A stretch of DNA of 47,257 nucleotides, taken from positions 1 through 47,257 of the IMG/VR virus record IMGVR_UViG_3300042199_000262; one strand, 5' to 3'. Made by a program: the position numbers and the translations under genes. The notes beneath the pieces are model-generated. The model made no database searches. It was not told the DNA's origin and worked only from the letters and a program-made list of their open reading frames with translations. Every line of letters starts with the position of its first letter. Positions within the stretch are counted from its first letter, which is position 1. Positions 25,081-34,984 of this stretch are shown here, in pieces. The stretch comes from a virus (lineage: Duplodnaviria; Caudoviricetes).

Positions 25081-26389
25081 CGTCTTCTTCCGCATCAAAG
25101 ATTTCATCACCTTCTTCCATTCTTAAAGTATCGTAGGACACCTTTACAGGAACAGAGAAGCGAGGTCTACCATTTCGAGACTTGATGACGTAAGCTCGCA
25201 TACGTCCTTCGTCAAATTCTTCCTCAGTCTGGTTCAGAGACATGGCAAAATCGCAGGTACGAATCTTACCATAAGAATCACCTAATTCTGCGTCGGTAAT
25301 AATCTTTACCATGCGACCTTGGCGATTCGTCTGTGTAGCAGTCCATATTAAGATATTGTGCTCCATAGCCACTCCACGAAGCTCCTCCGCAATCTTCTGC
25401 TGCGCTTGGTACTCTTGCTGAATCTCTCGCGTAGGACGAAGTAGCTCTAGGTAATCTACGATCAAAAGATCAGGCTCGAACTCGTTGTAGTTCTTTAGCT
25501 GGACCAAAAGATTACGAATGGTATTAATGGACGCTTGACCCGTAGGGAACTCCTTGATAACCAATTCACTTCCAGGGAAATGCTTCTTGAACATATCAAG
25601 ACGCTCCTTGACAGTAAGTTGGTTAGCAGGATCCTTCAGCTTCATCTGAGGAACCAATGTCATTACCGAATCGAATCGTTGTGCGATCTTATCCTCACTC
25701 ATTTCTAGCGAGATGTACAAGACCTTTCTACCTTCCATCATGGAGTGAACACCTTGGTTCACTAGGTAAAGTGATTTACCAACTCCAGGGGGAGCAACAA
25801 CCATAGCCAATTCTTTCGCCCCTAAACCTCCCTCTAGAGACTTATTAATGGCTGGCAGAAGGGTCTTGTACTTCTGATCTTGCTTCTTGTTAAAGACGCG
25901 ATCCCAACGATCAGAGATTTCACTGAAATACTTCTGACCTGTATCAACGTCACGATTGATGAGCAAAGCCTTCTTAACAATGGCTTCAACTTCATCCATA
26001 CGGTTCTCTTTAATCAGCGAAATACTTTCTGCTATGGCAGATTTCATCGCCTCCTTCTTGGCGAAGTTCTCAATCAGGTCGAGCATATACTCTGTGTTAT
26101 TAACACTAGAGGAATCAAGGTTATTGATATTGAGAAGCTCGTCCTCGTAATCGGAAACGCTTTCTCTGCTAGTTAACGTAGGCTTGATATCCTGAATGAT
26201 GAAATCATCAGTAGGAAGTTTGCCATACTTGTCGTAGTACGCCTTGATCTTCTCGAAGATCTTCGAGTGAGAAGGGTAGTCGAAGTATTCAGGCTTAACT
26301 AGGTTTACAATTTGAAGATAAAAATCACGATCAGACTTCAACAGGTAGATGATACCTCGTTGAATATTTTCAGAAAAATCGTATGCCAT
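25073..26389 (-). CDS. Replicative DnaB-like helicase (gp41-like)
   Basis: APPGVGKS, YISLEMSE, IKEFPT, VDYL, WTATQTNR, KSRNG. Confidence 0.93.
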   Translation of the reverse strand: MAYDFSENIQRGIIYLLKSDRDFYLQIVNLVKPEYFDYPSHSKIFEKIKAYYDKYGKLPTDDFIIQDIKPTLTSRESVSDYEDELLNINNLDSSSVNNTEYMLDLIENFAKKEAMKSAIAESISLIKENRMDEVEAIVKKALLINRDVDTGQKYFSEISDRWDRVFNKKQDQKYKTLLPAINKSLEGGLGAKELAMVVAPPGVGKSLYLVNQGVHSMMEGRKVLYISLEMSEDKIAQRFDSVMTLVPQMKLKDPANQLTVKERLDMFKKHFPGSELVIKEFPTGQASINTIRNLLVQLKNYNEFEPDLLIVDYLELLRPTREIQQEYQAQQKIAEELRGVAMEHNILIWTATQTNRQGRMVKIITDAELGDSYGKIRTCDFAMSLNQTEEEFDEGRMRAYVIKSRNGRPRFSVPVKVSYDTLRMEEGDEIFDAEEDDE

Positions 26390-26390
26390 G

Positions 26391-26906
26391 CTATTGTTGT
26401 TTTTGGGGTTTTGTAATGTCTAACTTGCTTCCACTGGCTTCTTTATAGCCCAGTTTATTTGCTCTATCATAGGCTTCTTGCGTTAGTTTTTTAGCTGATT
26501 CTACTTTGTTCTTTGCTTCAGATGAAGATACTCTTCTTGCTTTACCTTCAGATGCAAACTTTTCATAATTTATATAAACTGGCTTGTATCTATGAGATTC
26601 ATCTAACATAGCTCTTTTACTTGAATCTATGCTTGTTCTCAAAAATCTATCCGCAGCATCCTTATCGTAACCTTTTTCCATAACTTTTTGATATCTTCTT
26701 CTTACAGTATGGAAATCGCTTGCTCCCTTTCCACCATTACCTTGTCCATCATCTTTAAAAGATACACCTACATTAGCGTTCTCATAATAACGACCTGAGA
26801 GCTTTTTGCATTTTGGACACTTAGTTCTGGTAGGAGCTTTGCCCATTTGGCAATCCCTCTCCCAAAATATATCACAATCTCTGCAAATCCACTCGTATAA
26901 GGTCAT
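26391..26906 (-). CDS. FmdB-like zinc ribbon protein with C-terminal extension
   Basis: MTLYEWICRDC...CPKC; likely start 26906. Confidence 0.7.
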   Translation of the reverse strand: MTLYEWICRDCDIFWERDCQMGKAPTRTKCPKCKKLSGRYYENANVGVSFKDDGQGNGGKGASDFHTVRRRYQKVMEKGYDKDAADRFLRTSIDSSKRAMLDESHRYKPVYINYEKFASEGKARRVSSSEAKNKVESAKKLTQEAYDRANKLGYKEASGSKLDITKPQKQQ

Positions 26907-26907
26907 A

Positions 26908-28833
26908 TTATGCTCCGCATTCTCCACCAGTTAGAGAGCAAGCATCACCATTCTGCATACCAACTAACTGATTTTCATTCTTACGCATATACTTATTGAT
27001 GTTCTCTTCAGTTAGAGGAATAGCTTGTAGAGGCTCATTACCCTTAGAACCTGCACGATACACAGTAAGACCCTTTAGATAGGGAGCATAGTCTAGTGCA
27101 GCCTGAGAGAATTGTTGAGGCGTTGCAGTCGAAGGTAAGTTAATAGTCTTCGAGATGCAGGAATCAATAAACTTCTGAACAGTGGCTTGAACCTTGATGT
27201 GATCTTCAGGAGTTACATCGTATGCTCCAACGAATGAATCAAGAGGCTTGCCCTTATCGAAGTATTCTTGGAACAGAGGATCAACAACTAATTGCTCCTT
27301 CCAAACATTATTCTTGCGATAGCGTCGATTGTACATCGCAGAAAAGATAGGTTCGATGCCGCTCGAAACCCCGTGAAGCATTGAGATCGTGCCGCAAGGA
27401 GGGATTGTAAGCATTACTGCATTACGAATACCGTAACGCTTGATAAGCATTCGGATTCTGGCGGGTAGAGTCTTAGCAAATTCTTCATTGAGATATTTGC
27501 GAGAATCAAACTCAGGGAATGGTTGCTTGTCGCGTGCAAGATAGATCGACATCTTGTATGCTTCATCACGAATTGTGCTGAATAGTCTTTCTAGGAACTC
27601 AAGACACTTCTCACTACCGTAACGGATGTTGAGTTTGATCAACATATAATGTAGACCAGTAACACCTAGACCAACTCTACGAGAACGCTCACCAATCTTC
27701 TTGCATTCTTCAGTTGGGAAAGTATTTACAGTTAACACGTTATCAAGGAAGCGGATTCCAGTACGAACAGTTCTAGCGAGACGCTTCCAATCAATGTCGG
27801 AACCATCTTCGAGAACCATGTTGCTTAGATTAATATTACCTAAGCAGCAGTTACCATATGAAGGTAGAGAAATCTCACCACAAGGATTGGTAGAATCAAG
27901 ACGCTCGAAGTAAGAAACATTGGTGTAGCTATTTGCTAGATCAATATTGTAAATACCAGGATCACCAGATTCAACTGAGTTCTTCCAGATGAGATCCCAT
28001 AGTTCGCGTGCCTTAATATCACGCTGACCGATCATTTCAAATGTATCTGTCCACTTAGCCTTGTGGAAATTATTTGCCCGCTCCATAGCATCATCAGGAC
28101 TTGTACCTAGAACACTTATAATGTGCTTATCGGTGACGTTACCATCCTGATCTAGTGTATTGCGACAAATATCATAAGAATGATACTCACGATTATTGAA
28201 AGTAAAGAACCAAGGCTCATTAAGTTCAACAGCCTCTAGGAAGCGATTAGTAATTGCAACCGAGATGTTGAAGTTGTTTAGCTGACCTTGATCTAGCTTA
28301 ACGTGTAGGAATTCAAGGAGGTCTGGGTGAGTTACATTAAGGATACCCATAAGAGCAGTTCTGCGATTCTTACCAGCACGAACGTGTTCTCCAACTTCAT
28401 TAATCATCTTAAGGACGGATACAGAACCTGGAGCAGAGTTCTTAACGCTTCCAATGTGATCACCCTTGGGACGAATCTTGGAAACATTAAATCCAACTCC
28501 ACCACCAGCGCAGGAAATGCGATACATATCCATCACGGTCTTACCGATGGAATCAACATTATCCTCTGGGATTATAACGTAGCAGTTAAGGAGGTTGTGT
28601 CTACCTCCATTACGTCCACTACCGAAAATGATGCGACCACCAGGAATAAAATCCCCAGATCCGATGGCATCGTAGAAAAGCTTTTCTACCTTCTCCTTGT
28701 CATCATCACGCTCGGCTGTTGCCATCGTCTTTGCAATAACCCTAGCACGTTCAGCCCACTTTGTTTCGCCTGGATATGCATAGCGTGATTCAAAAATTTC
28801 TTGTCCTAGACCTGTAAGATTTGCGTTAACCAT
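26908..28833 (-). CDS. nrdJ: Ribonucleotide reductase, probably class II (B12-dependent)
   Basis: PGGRI, NCYV, GGGVG, FNISV, TNPCGE, TIPPCGTIS, SSGIEP, ISKTINLP, C-terminal Cys pair; no small subunit nearby. Confidence 0.88.
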   Translation of the reverse strand: MVNANLTGLGQEIFESRYAYPGETKWAERARVIAKTMATAERDDDKEKVEKLFYDAIGSGDFIPGGRIIFGSGRNGGRHNLLNCYVIIPEDNVDSIGKTVMDMYRISCAGGGVGFNVSKIRPKGDHIGSVKNSAPGSVSVLKMINEVGEHVRAGKNRRTALMGILNVTHPDLLEFLHVKLDQGQLNNFNISVAITNRFLEAVELNEPWFFTFNNREYHSYDICRNTLDQDGNVTDKHIISVLGTSPDDAMERANNFHKAKWTDTFEMIGQRDIKARELWDLIWKNSVESGDPGIYNIDLANSYTNVSYFERLDSTNPCGEISLPSYGNCCLGNINLSNMVLEDGSDIDWKRLARTVRTGIRFLDNVLTVNTFPTEECKKIGERSRRVGLGVTGLHYMLIKLNIRYGSEKCLEFLERLFSTIRDEAYKMSIYLARDKQPFPEFDSRKYLNEEFAKTLPARIRMLIKRYGIRNAVMLTIPPCGTISMLHGVSSGIEPIFSAMYNRRYRKNNVWKEQLVVDPLFQEYFDKGKPLDSFVGAYDVTPEDHIKVQATVQKFIDSCISKTINLPSTATPQQFSQAALDYAPYLKGLTVYRAGSKGNEPLQAIPLTEENINKYMRKNENQLVGMQNGDACSLTGGECGA

Positions 28834-28834
28834 A

Positions 28835-30418
28835 TCACTTTCCTTTTAATTTAGATATTCCGTTAGACTTTATAATAGTTAGGGTCTTTGCATTGTCCAT
28901 TAAAGATTTAAGATAATTATTGTGAGTAATTACAAATAAAGTACGGTCTTTCTTCAATTCAGATAGGAGTATATAGAGTCCTTCCAAACCCTCTCTATCT
29001 AGATTCTCACCTACTTCATCAAAAAACATAATGTTAGTTTTCTGGTTGTGAGATATCTTAAGTAATTCCTGTAGACCCAACATAACTGCAAGACTGATCT
29101 TCCTCTTCTCTCCACCAGAGAGTGACATATAACTAATAACTTCATTGTTATGTGTTATTGTCTCACTCAGTTCTTCATCAAACTGAATGAAGAATTTACC
29201 CTGTGAAAGGTGTGACAAGTGTGCATTAACCTTGGAGTTAAAATACTCTAGAACATTTTTTATAACATACTTTACAATACCAGATTCGGAGAAAGCTTTT
29301 TCCCAGAAGCGCATAATCTCATACTTATTATTAAGATCTTGCTTTTCATCAAATGCTTTCTGCTTCTTAGCTAGGGTTTCTTCTTTAAGAGCTTCATAAG
29401 TTTGAATGTCTTTTTGAATAGATTTGTATTCACTGATCTTGTGATACTCTGAAGATGATATTGGAGGAGCTACTATCTTAGCTTGCATATCTTTTACAGA
29501 ATCTTCTAATGTTTCAATTTCGGAATATATAAAAGCTCTTTCCATAAAATGATGCTTAATATTACTTCCAGCAATCATTTGACCACAGGACTCACAAGCA
29601 GATTCTTGTTCTGGATTTTCTATGAGGTATGTAAGCTTATTAACTTTAGACTGTAGCTGATCAATCTTCTTATTAGTATGCGCTATTTCCCACTGTAACT
29701 TACTATTCTCCTCTTCCATAAAGATAATAGAATTTAAAGAAGTCTCTAGAGCTACAGCTACATTTGATTCTTTTATTTGTTTTGTAATCTTTTCCAGACG
29801 ATCAAGTTCTTTGTTAAACTTCTTAACATAAGAATCATGCTCATCAATTACTGCGTCGCACCGCTTAATCCCTTGAGTATATTGAGACTTTAAATACTTT
29901 ACAGACTCTCTGAGATCAAATAGGTAATCCAGATTCAGAAAATTCTTTATTATAATTCTCTTATCTTCTGGAGTAGCGTCAATAAACTCTATGTTATTCT
30001 GCTGACCGAATACTGTAGACGCCAGAAATACTTTGTAATTGGTGTTTAAAGTAGTCTCAATTAGTGTCTGTGTTGCAGTAGCATTCTCCTGCGTTAATTC
30101 TTTATCACCTACAAAAAAACGAAGGAACGTGGGCTTCTTCCCACGCTCTATTACAACCGTATCATTTACTGTGATACGGACTGTGCATCCCTTTTTATAT
30201 GCATTATTAATTAAGGCTTCTTCCGTAGACTTACGAATAGTCTTACCAAACAAACCCCAAACTACTGACTCAATAATTGCACTCTTACCAGATCCGTTCG
30301 AGCCACCAGTGTCTTTATTAATACCCTCTACTAGGATTATCCCATCAAACTTATCGAACGATAGCTTTACATCCTTAAGAGAGTAGAAGTTAGTTATTTC
30401 TACCTTGTTGATTTTCAT
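28835..30418 (-). CDS. gp46/SbcC (Rad50-like) ATPase
   Basis: NGSGKS, CESC zinc hook, LSGGE, FFDE, VITH. Confidence 0.93.
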   Translation of the reverse strand: MKINKVEITNFYSLKDVKLSFDKFDGIILVEGINKDTGGSNGSGKSAIIESVVWGLFGKTIRKSTEEALINNAYKKGCTVRITVNDTVVIERGKKPTFLRFFVGDKELTQENATATQTLIETTLNTNYKVFLASTVFGQQNNIEFIDATPEDKRIIIKNFLNLDYLFDLRESVKYLKSQYTQGIKRCDAVIDEHDSYVKKFNKELDRLEKITKQIKESNVAVALETSLNSIIFMEEENSKLQWEIAHTNKKIDQLQSKVNKLTYLIENPEQESACESCGQMIAGSNIKHHFMERAFIYSEIETLEDSVKDMQAKIVAPPISSSEYHKISEYKSIQKDIQTYEALKEETLAKKQKAFDEKQDLNNKYEIMRFWEKAFSESGIVKYVIKNVLEYFNSKVNAHLSHLSQGKFFIQFDEELSETITHNNEVISYMSLSGGEKRKISLAVMLGLQELLKISHNQKTNIMFFDEVGENLDREGLEGLYILLSELKKDRTLFVITHNNYLKSLMDNAKTLTIIKSNGISKLKGK

Positions 30419-31403
30419 AAATTATTTTGAGTCCAGCCAGAAGTTCTTCCTTAGGTATTGACACGTTACTAGAATTGATATAATGATCTATTACATCGTT
30501 GTCCATGACGTTCAATATAGGATTGCTTCCCGTTACAAACTCCTCGTCATCATCTAATAGAGGTTTATATTTAATCTCTACATAAGGAACCTTTAGCGAA
30601 TCGCATATAGCTGCTGCGTTATGCTGATCCTGAGCTATGGTATTTATATTTAATCTTACGAGAGCGTACTTATCTGGACCTGAGTATTGCCTGATCCATT
30701 CTAAGTTTTCTTCTACGCTATCATAGTCTATTACAATATGTTTTGGACCTAGTTCTACAGGAACTAGTTCAAGTCTTCCGTCAGTAAGGATGCCGTAGAA
30801 GCAGTCTTTTCCTGATTCGTTGAAGCTGGTGGTGTAAGGGGTTCCGAGGACCGTAACTCTTCCATTTTGTCCTGCTTTATGGATGTGTCCAAGTATTGTT
30901 GGATTGCTAAAATCGGATAAAGACAAATTAAAATCGGCATCACCAGCAGAGTTAAGCACACCGTTGTAGCCAAAATGGCCGAAAATAATATAGCCGTCAG
31001 GACAAAGTGACAAGTCTTTTTTAATAGTTTCTTCATTTTCATAATGTGGAATAAATACCCATTTGTTTTCATGGTCAATATAAGTATGTGTTATTACTTT
31101 AACTTTAGGTGATTCAAATAAACTAAGAGCAGTAACCCCATCATCAGCCTTGGTTACGCTATCGTGATTACCCCTAAGTATATATACATCAAGCCCTATT
31201 TCTGTGAGCTTGTCTATCATTTCTTTCAAGGCAATTAAAACCGTAGGTCTTGGGTTCCTATGCATCATAAGATCCCCCAAGAATATAATTTTATTGCAGT
31301 CTGTGTTGCCCTTACTTATATTTATAATAGCATTCTTCTGAGCCTCCATCATACCTAGAGGCTTATCATCAAAATGTAGATCTCCAATTACTAATGTTCG
31401 CAT
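30390..31403 (-). CDS. gp47/SbcD (Mre11-like) nuclease
   Basis: GDLH, LGDL, GNHD, GHF, GHIH. Confidence 0.92.
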   Translation of the reverse strand: MRTLVIGDLHFDDKPLGMMEAQKNAIINISKGNTDCNKIIFLGDLMMHRNPRPTVLIALKEMIDKLTEIGLDVYILRGNHDSVTKADDGVTALSLFESPKVKVITHTYIDHENKWVFIPHYENEETIKKDLSLCPDGYIIFGHFGYNGVLNSAGDADFNLSLSDFSNPTILGHIHKAGQNGRVTVLGTPYTTSFNESGKDCFYGILTDGRLELVPVELGPKHIVIDYDSVEENLEWIRQYSGPDKYALVRLNINTIAQDQHNAAAICDSLKVPYVEIKYKPLLDDDEEFVTGSNPILNVMDNDVIDHYINSSNVSIPKEELLAGLKIIYENQQGRNN

Positions 31404-32062
31404 AATGCATTCCACCCATAAGGGGCTATATCTTTTATAATAGATCCAATTGCTTCCGCATACTCTCTGGTTTCTAATTGAGTATGGCTATCGGTTCTCA
31501 GTTTAAACATATGATTCCAACCAAGCAAGCTACCAGTAGTTACAGTTGTAGTATACATTGATTGAGGTAAAACCATGCGAGCCATCTCTGGAGCTACACC
31601 TTGAAATAATAGACAGTGATACTTTGCTACAGAATCTTGACAGGATTTTTCATACAAGTCTAGAATATCCTGATTATATCCTTCAGAAAAGATATCTCCT
31701 GATCCTTGCTTAATACCTTTCTCGGGACGCTTTCTAAATTGGTAGGGAGTATAAAAATCTATTTCGCCATCTATGTATCTTCTGGATACTTCGCTCCAAC
31801 TAAATCCTACCTGATGCTTACCTAACTGACGCAAGACAAAAATAGGTGCATAAATTCTAAAAGTGATATGAGGATGACGAAAAGGTAAAACGTGTCTATG
31901 CTTTGCAAGATAGTTAATAAGTTTCTCGTCAGATGCTTTATCGAACTCTTCATGTTCTTTATCAAAAGAAGCTCTAGCTGCGTTAATTATTAATAGATCT
32001 GCATCAGGGGTATGGCTAATAAGCTCTACAAAACCTTTATTTAAAACAAATACTTTATTCAT
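31391..32062 (-). CDS. thyX: Flavin-dependent thymidylate synthase
   Basis: NAARASF, H..PF.H, APIFVLRQLGKH, SEVSRRY, EMARMVLP, LR...HTQLE. Confidence 0.93.
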   Translation of the reverse strand: MNKVFVLNKGFVELISHTPDADLLIINAARASFDKEHEEFDKASDEKLINYLAKHRHVLPFRHPHITFRIYAPIFVLRQLGKHQVGFSWSEVSRRYIDGEIDFYTPYQFRKRPEKGIKQGSGDIFSEGYNQDILDLYEKSCQDSVAKYHCLLFQGVAPEMARMVLPQSMYTTTVTTGSLLGWNHMFKLRTDSHTQLETREYAEAIGSIIKDIAPYGWNALCEH

Positions 32063-33144
32063 AGCTTAGGTACACCATTCTCAAAGTGAACAGGCTCACC
32101 TTCTCCGAAGGACTTGCCAACCTCTGCTTCAATAACTAGAGGCACGTTAAAGTTGATCTTAAAGATATCCCTGATAGTAGGATAATTAACCATCTCATCA
32201 TAGAGAATGGTAAGGGTTTCCTTCACTTCATCCTCTGGACAAATCACTTCAATTGAGTCGTGTACCGTAGCAACAGGTCGAGCCTTCAATCCTGCTTGCT
32301 TGAATCTTCTAGATGCTCCAAGAAGCGAGCATAGAAGAATATCAGAAGCAGCACTTTGAATTGTAAAGTTCAACCCCTGTCTCAATGCTCGATTAACAAC
32401 AGTTCTATCATCACTATGAACGTCAGGAAGGTTACGCTTTCTGCCAAAAATAGTATATGCAAATCCGTTCTTCTTAATGAACTTGTTAACAAACTCCATA
32501 TACTCGAAGATTGCTGGATAAACATTCTTGTAGTCCTCGATTATCTTTTCAGCACGCGACATGGGAATACCCATAGTTTCGCTAAGGTTAAATGCACCAC
32601 CACCGTATACGATCAAGAAGGAGACTGTCTTTGCAATCTGACGTTCTTCCTTGGTAATCTCTTTCTTATTAAATAGGAGCTTGGCAGTATAGGTATGCAG
32701 GTCAGCACCCTCGTTGAATGCCTTTTGCATATTAAACTCCTTAGAGATGTGAGCAAGAACTCTGAGTTCCATAGCACCATAGTCAGCAGCTATGAAAGAC
32801 CAGCCCTTAGGTGCGGTAAACAAACTACGAATGTTATTCTCAGTCTCTCTTGGGAGAGTGTGAAAGGAAACACCCATAGCCTCGTCTGCATTATACGCAG
32901 CACAAGACAGGCGACCAGTAGCTGTACCATCAAATCTAAAATCTACATACACCTTATCATGTTGATTGTACTTAATCGCATTCCTAGTACCTTCAATATA
33001 AGTCTTAGATAGCTTCTCAGACTTACGAAGATCCAATAAACCCTTGAGGAACTTCTTAGCTTCTAGCAAATCCTCTGTGCTCTTCTCAGCAATAACAGAC
33101 TTGCTAATACGCTTACCTTCATCTCTATGTTGCCACTTACCCAC
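32059..33144 (-). CDS. polA: Family A DNA polymerase, C-terminal part (thumb half, palm, fingers)
   Basis: TATGRLS, motif A DYGAMELR, motif B RQIAKTVSFLIVYG, NFTIQSAASD, motif C VHDS; GTG start at 33144 after GAGGAG (the ORF track extends to 33165). Confidence 0.92.
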   Translation of the reverse strand: MGKWQHRDEGKRISKSVIAEKSTEDLLEAKKFLKGLLDLRKSEKLSKTYIEGTRNAIKYNQHDKVYVDFRFDGTATGRLSCAAYNADEAMGVSFHTLPRETENNIRSLFTAPKGWSFIAADYGAMELRVLAHISKEFNMQKAFNEGADLHTYTAKLLFNKKEITKEERQIAKTVSFLIVYGGGAFNLSETMGIPMSRAEKIIEDYKNVYPAIFEYMEFVNKFIKKNGFAYTIFGRKRNLPDVHSDDRTVVNRALRQGLNFTIQSAASDILLCSLLGASRRFKQAGLKARPVATVHDSIEVICPEDEVKETLTILYDEMVNYPTIRDIFKINFNVPLVIEAEVGKSFGEGEPVHFENGVPKL

Positions 33145-33616
33145 GCTTACTAAGCTCCTCATCAATTTGTTCTAGCAGGAGTTTTAATGTAGCTGCTGCC
33201 ACAGAAGGCTTCTCTTTACCAGTTCTATCGGGAGGGTATAACCCCATGCCTTCTTCCCGTGTATATAGAATCTCGATCAGGTCATTATTAGAGGATAGGT
33301 TGTCGGTCTTCTTAACACCTTTGCAATAATATAAAGCATCTTCCTGCTCAACATTAATATCTCGCAGTTGCTTACCTACAGATTGTAGCTTGTTAGGATC
33401 GACATCCAACCCATTGTATTCCATGTCTGCGAAGGTTTCAATAGAAGGCATAACTACCTTTTCGATTAACTTCATGGAAGTATGCTCCTCCATTTTCTCC
33501 TTAATTAGGAGAAATAGCTTTCTAGTAAAGTAAGCATCCATAGCGTTGCCTTCGCAACACTTGGAAAGCTCCATGTTCTTCCAATCAACCTTTGAAGGAT
33601 TATCTACTGTAAGCAT
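33137..33616 (-). CDS. Family A DNA polymerase, middle part (ExoIII and start of thumb)
   Basis: GNAMDAYFT (ExoIII-like), MP....ADMEYNGLDVD, NLSSNNDLIEILY, TGKEKPSV. Confidence 0.88.
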   Translation of the reverse strand: MLTVDNPSKVDWKNMELSKCCEGNAMDAYFTRKLFLLIKEKMEEHTSMKLIEKVVMPSIETFADMEYNGLDVDPNKLQSVGKQLRDINVEQEDALYYCKGVKKTDNLSSNNDLIEILYTREEGMGLYPPDRTGKEKPSVAAATLKLLLEQIDEELSKRG

Positions 33617-34626
33617 TAGAGGTTCTCCAATTCATCTGCAAAATAATACTTGGCTAGGTCCATTAAGCTCTTAGGCATATTCTCGTCTAAGAAGTGGTGC
33701 ATAACTTTAGTGTCCCAGATGTTAACTGGGTGAATACCTTTGTTCTTCAAGAACTTGATATCGAACTTAGCATTGTGAAGGACCTTAGTGCTGTTAGGAT
33801 TCTCCAAGATTCTCTTTAGATTAGAGATCAATTGAGGATCATTCTTGAAAGGGCTGTCCTTGTGGTTAACAGGGATAACCCAAGTCTGATCCTCTGCCGA
33901 AATAGCTATGGTCATTATCTCGTCGGTCAAGAAATTAAGACCTGTAGTTTCAATATCTATCCCTAAGATATCATCTGAAGATTCTAGCTTCTCAGCTAGT
34001 GCATCAACGTATTCCATATGCATGAGTGTCGTGTATGCAAACTTCTCAGATGATCTCTTGCCAAGAATATACTTCTCGTATGCATTCTGGATATCGGTCT
34101 TGAATAGTGCAAGATGTCTAGGTTCCTTGATGCACGAATAAGGGTGATAAATGGGAACTACCACACAGGTAAATCCTGATTCAGTTGAGAACGTAAAAGC
34201 CTTACCTCGCTTATTAGTAATACCACTCTTCTTGAGAAGCATCTTAAGAGCAAGGTTGCCACACGCAAAGATTAGCTTGGGCTTAATCTTATCTATGGTA
34301 GCATCCAAGTGAACACGACATAGGTTCATGTTCTTGGGAGACATATCTGCTTCTCCAACCGAAGGACACTTTACCGATGCGGCTGTAACGAACTTATCCT
34401 TATAACATTCGTTAATTAGATCCATCTCAGGCTTAGAGAAAGCCCAAGGCGCACCATGCCTATACTTGATCGAATCGGATAGGAACAGCGTAGGAGCCTC
34501 CTCCAGATCCTTGTAATCCATTACGGAATGACAAGGTTTATCCTTATCGAGGATGCTGCAACCCTCGCATAAAGGGTTAACTGCCCCGATTCTATGCCCT
34601 GCGTACAATTTATTAAGATCAAACAT
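33616..34626 (-). CDS. Family A DNA polymerase, N-terminal part: UDG-like domain plus 3'-5' exonuclease (ExoI/II)
   Basis: CEGC...VKC...C and YHP (family-4 UDG-like); DIETTGL, HNAKFD, DTKVMHHFLDEN, SLMDLA. Confidence 0.88.
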   Translation of the reverse strand: MFDLNKLYAGHRIGAVNPLCEGCSILDKDKPCHSVMDYKDLEEAPTLFLSDSIKYRHGAPWAFSKPEMDLINECYKDKFVTAASVKCPSVGEADMSPKNMNLCRVHLDATIDKIKPKLIFACGNLALKMLLKKSGITNKRGKAFTFSTESGFTCVVVPIYHPYSCIKEPRHLALFKTDIQNAYEKYILGKRSSEKFAYTTLMHMEYVDALAEKLESSDDILGIDIETTGLNFLTDEIMTIAISAEDQTWVIPVNHKDSPFKNDPQLISNLKRILENPNSTKVLHNAKFDIKFLKNKGIHPVNIWDTKVMHHFLDENMPKSLMDLAKYYFADELENL

Positions 34627-34640
34627 ACTATTATAGTGTA
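34627..34640. promoter_or_regulatory. Candidate bidirectional -10 element ACTATTATAGTGTA
   Basis: Fills the 13-bp gap between two divergent ATGs; identical 14-mer at 35681-35694. Confidence 0.6.
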
Positions 34641-34984
34641 TGAAAAAGAAACATTACATAGACAACAAACGGTTCGAGGAGGTCATCCTATTATACAAGA
34701 AGGATCCCAAAAAGTACGAGGAAGAATTAATTTCTTTATTTGACGTACTAATAACTAACATCGTCGAGAGCTTCAAATTTAATGTAGATCCCGACGATGC
34801 CAAGCAAGAGTGTTTTACTTTAGTGCTTAAAACTTTGAGAAATTTTAAGCCGAAGAAAGGTACAGCATTCAATTATTTTACGACCATAATCGTAAATAAC
34901 TTAAAGCTACTGTACACTAGAGAAAAGAAATACGCTAAAAAGATTGAAAATTATATTGAAAACAACAAGGACTTAGTTAGTTAG
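34640..34984 (+). CDS. gp55-like late sigma factor (short)
   Basis: HYIDNKRF, DDAKQEC, NFKP.KG.AFNYFTTII.N, EKKY resemble T4 gp55 / sigma region 2. Confidence 0.78.
   Translation: MKKKHYIDNKRFEEVILLYKKDPKKYEEELISLFDVLITNIVESFKFNVDPDDAKQECFTLVLKTLRNFKPKKGTAFNYFTTIIVNNLKLLYTREKKYAKKIENYIENNKDLVS

Noticed and set aside
32059-34626. Stop-codon reassignment, intron or intein as the cause of the polymerase split
   Set aside because: The fragments are in different frames with no intervening sequence; TAA, TAG and TGA all end genes normally in this window; no suppressor tRNA is present
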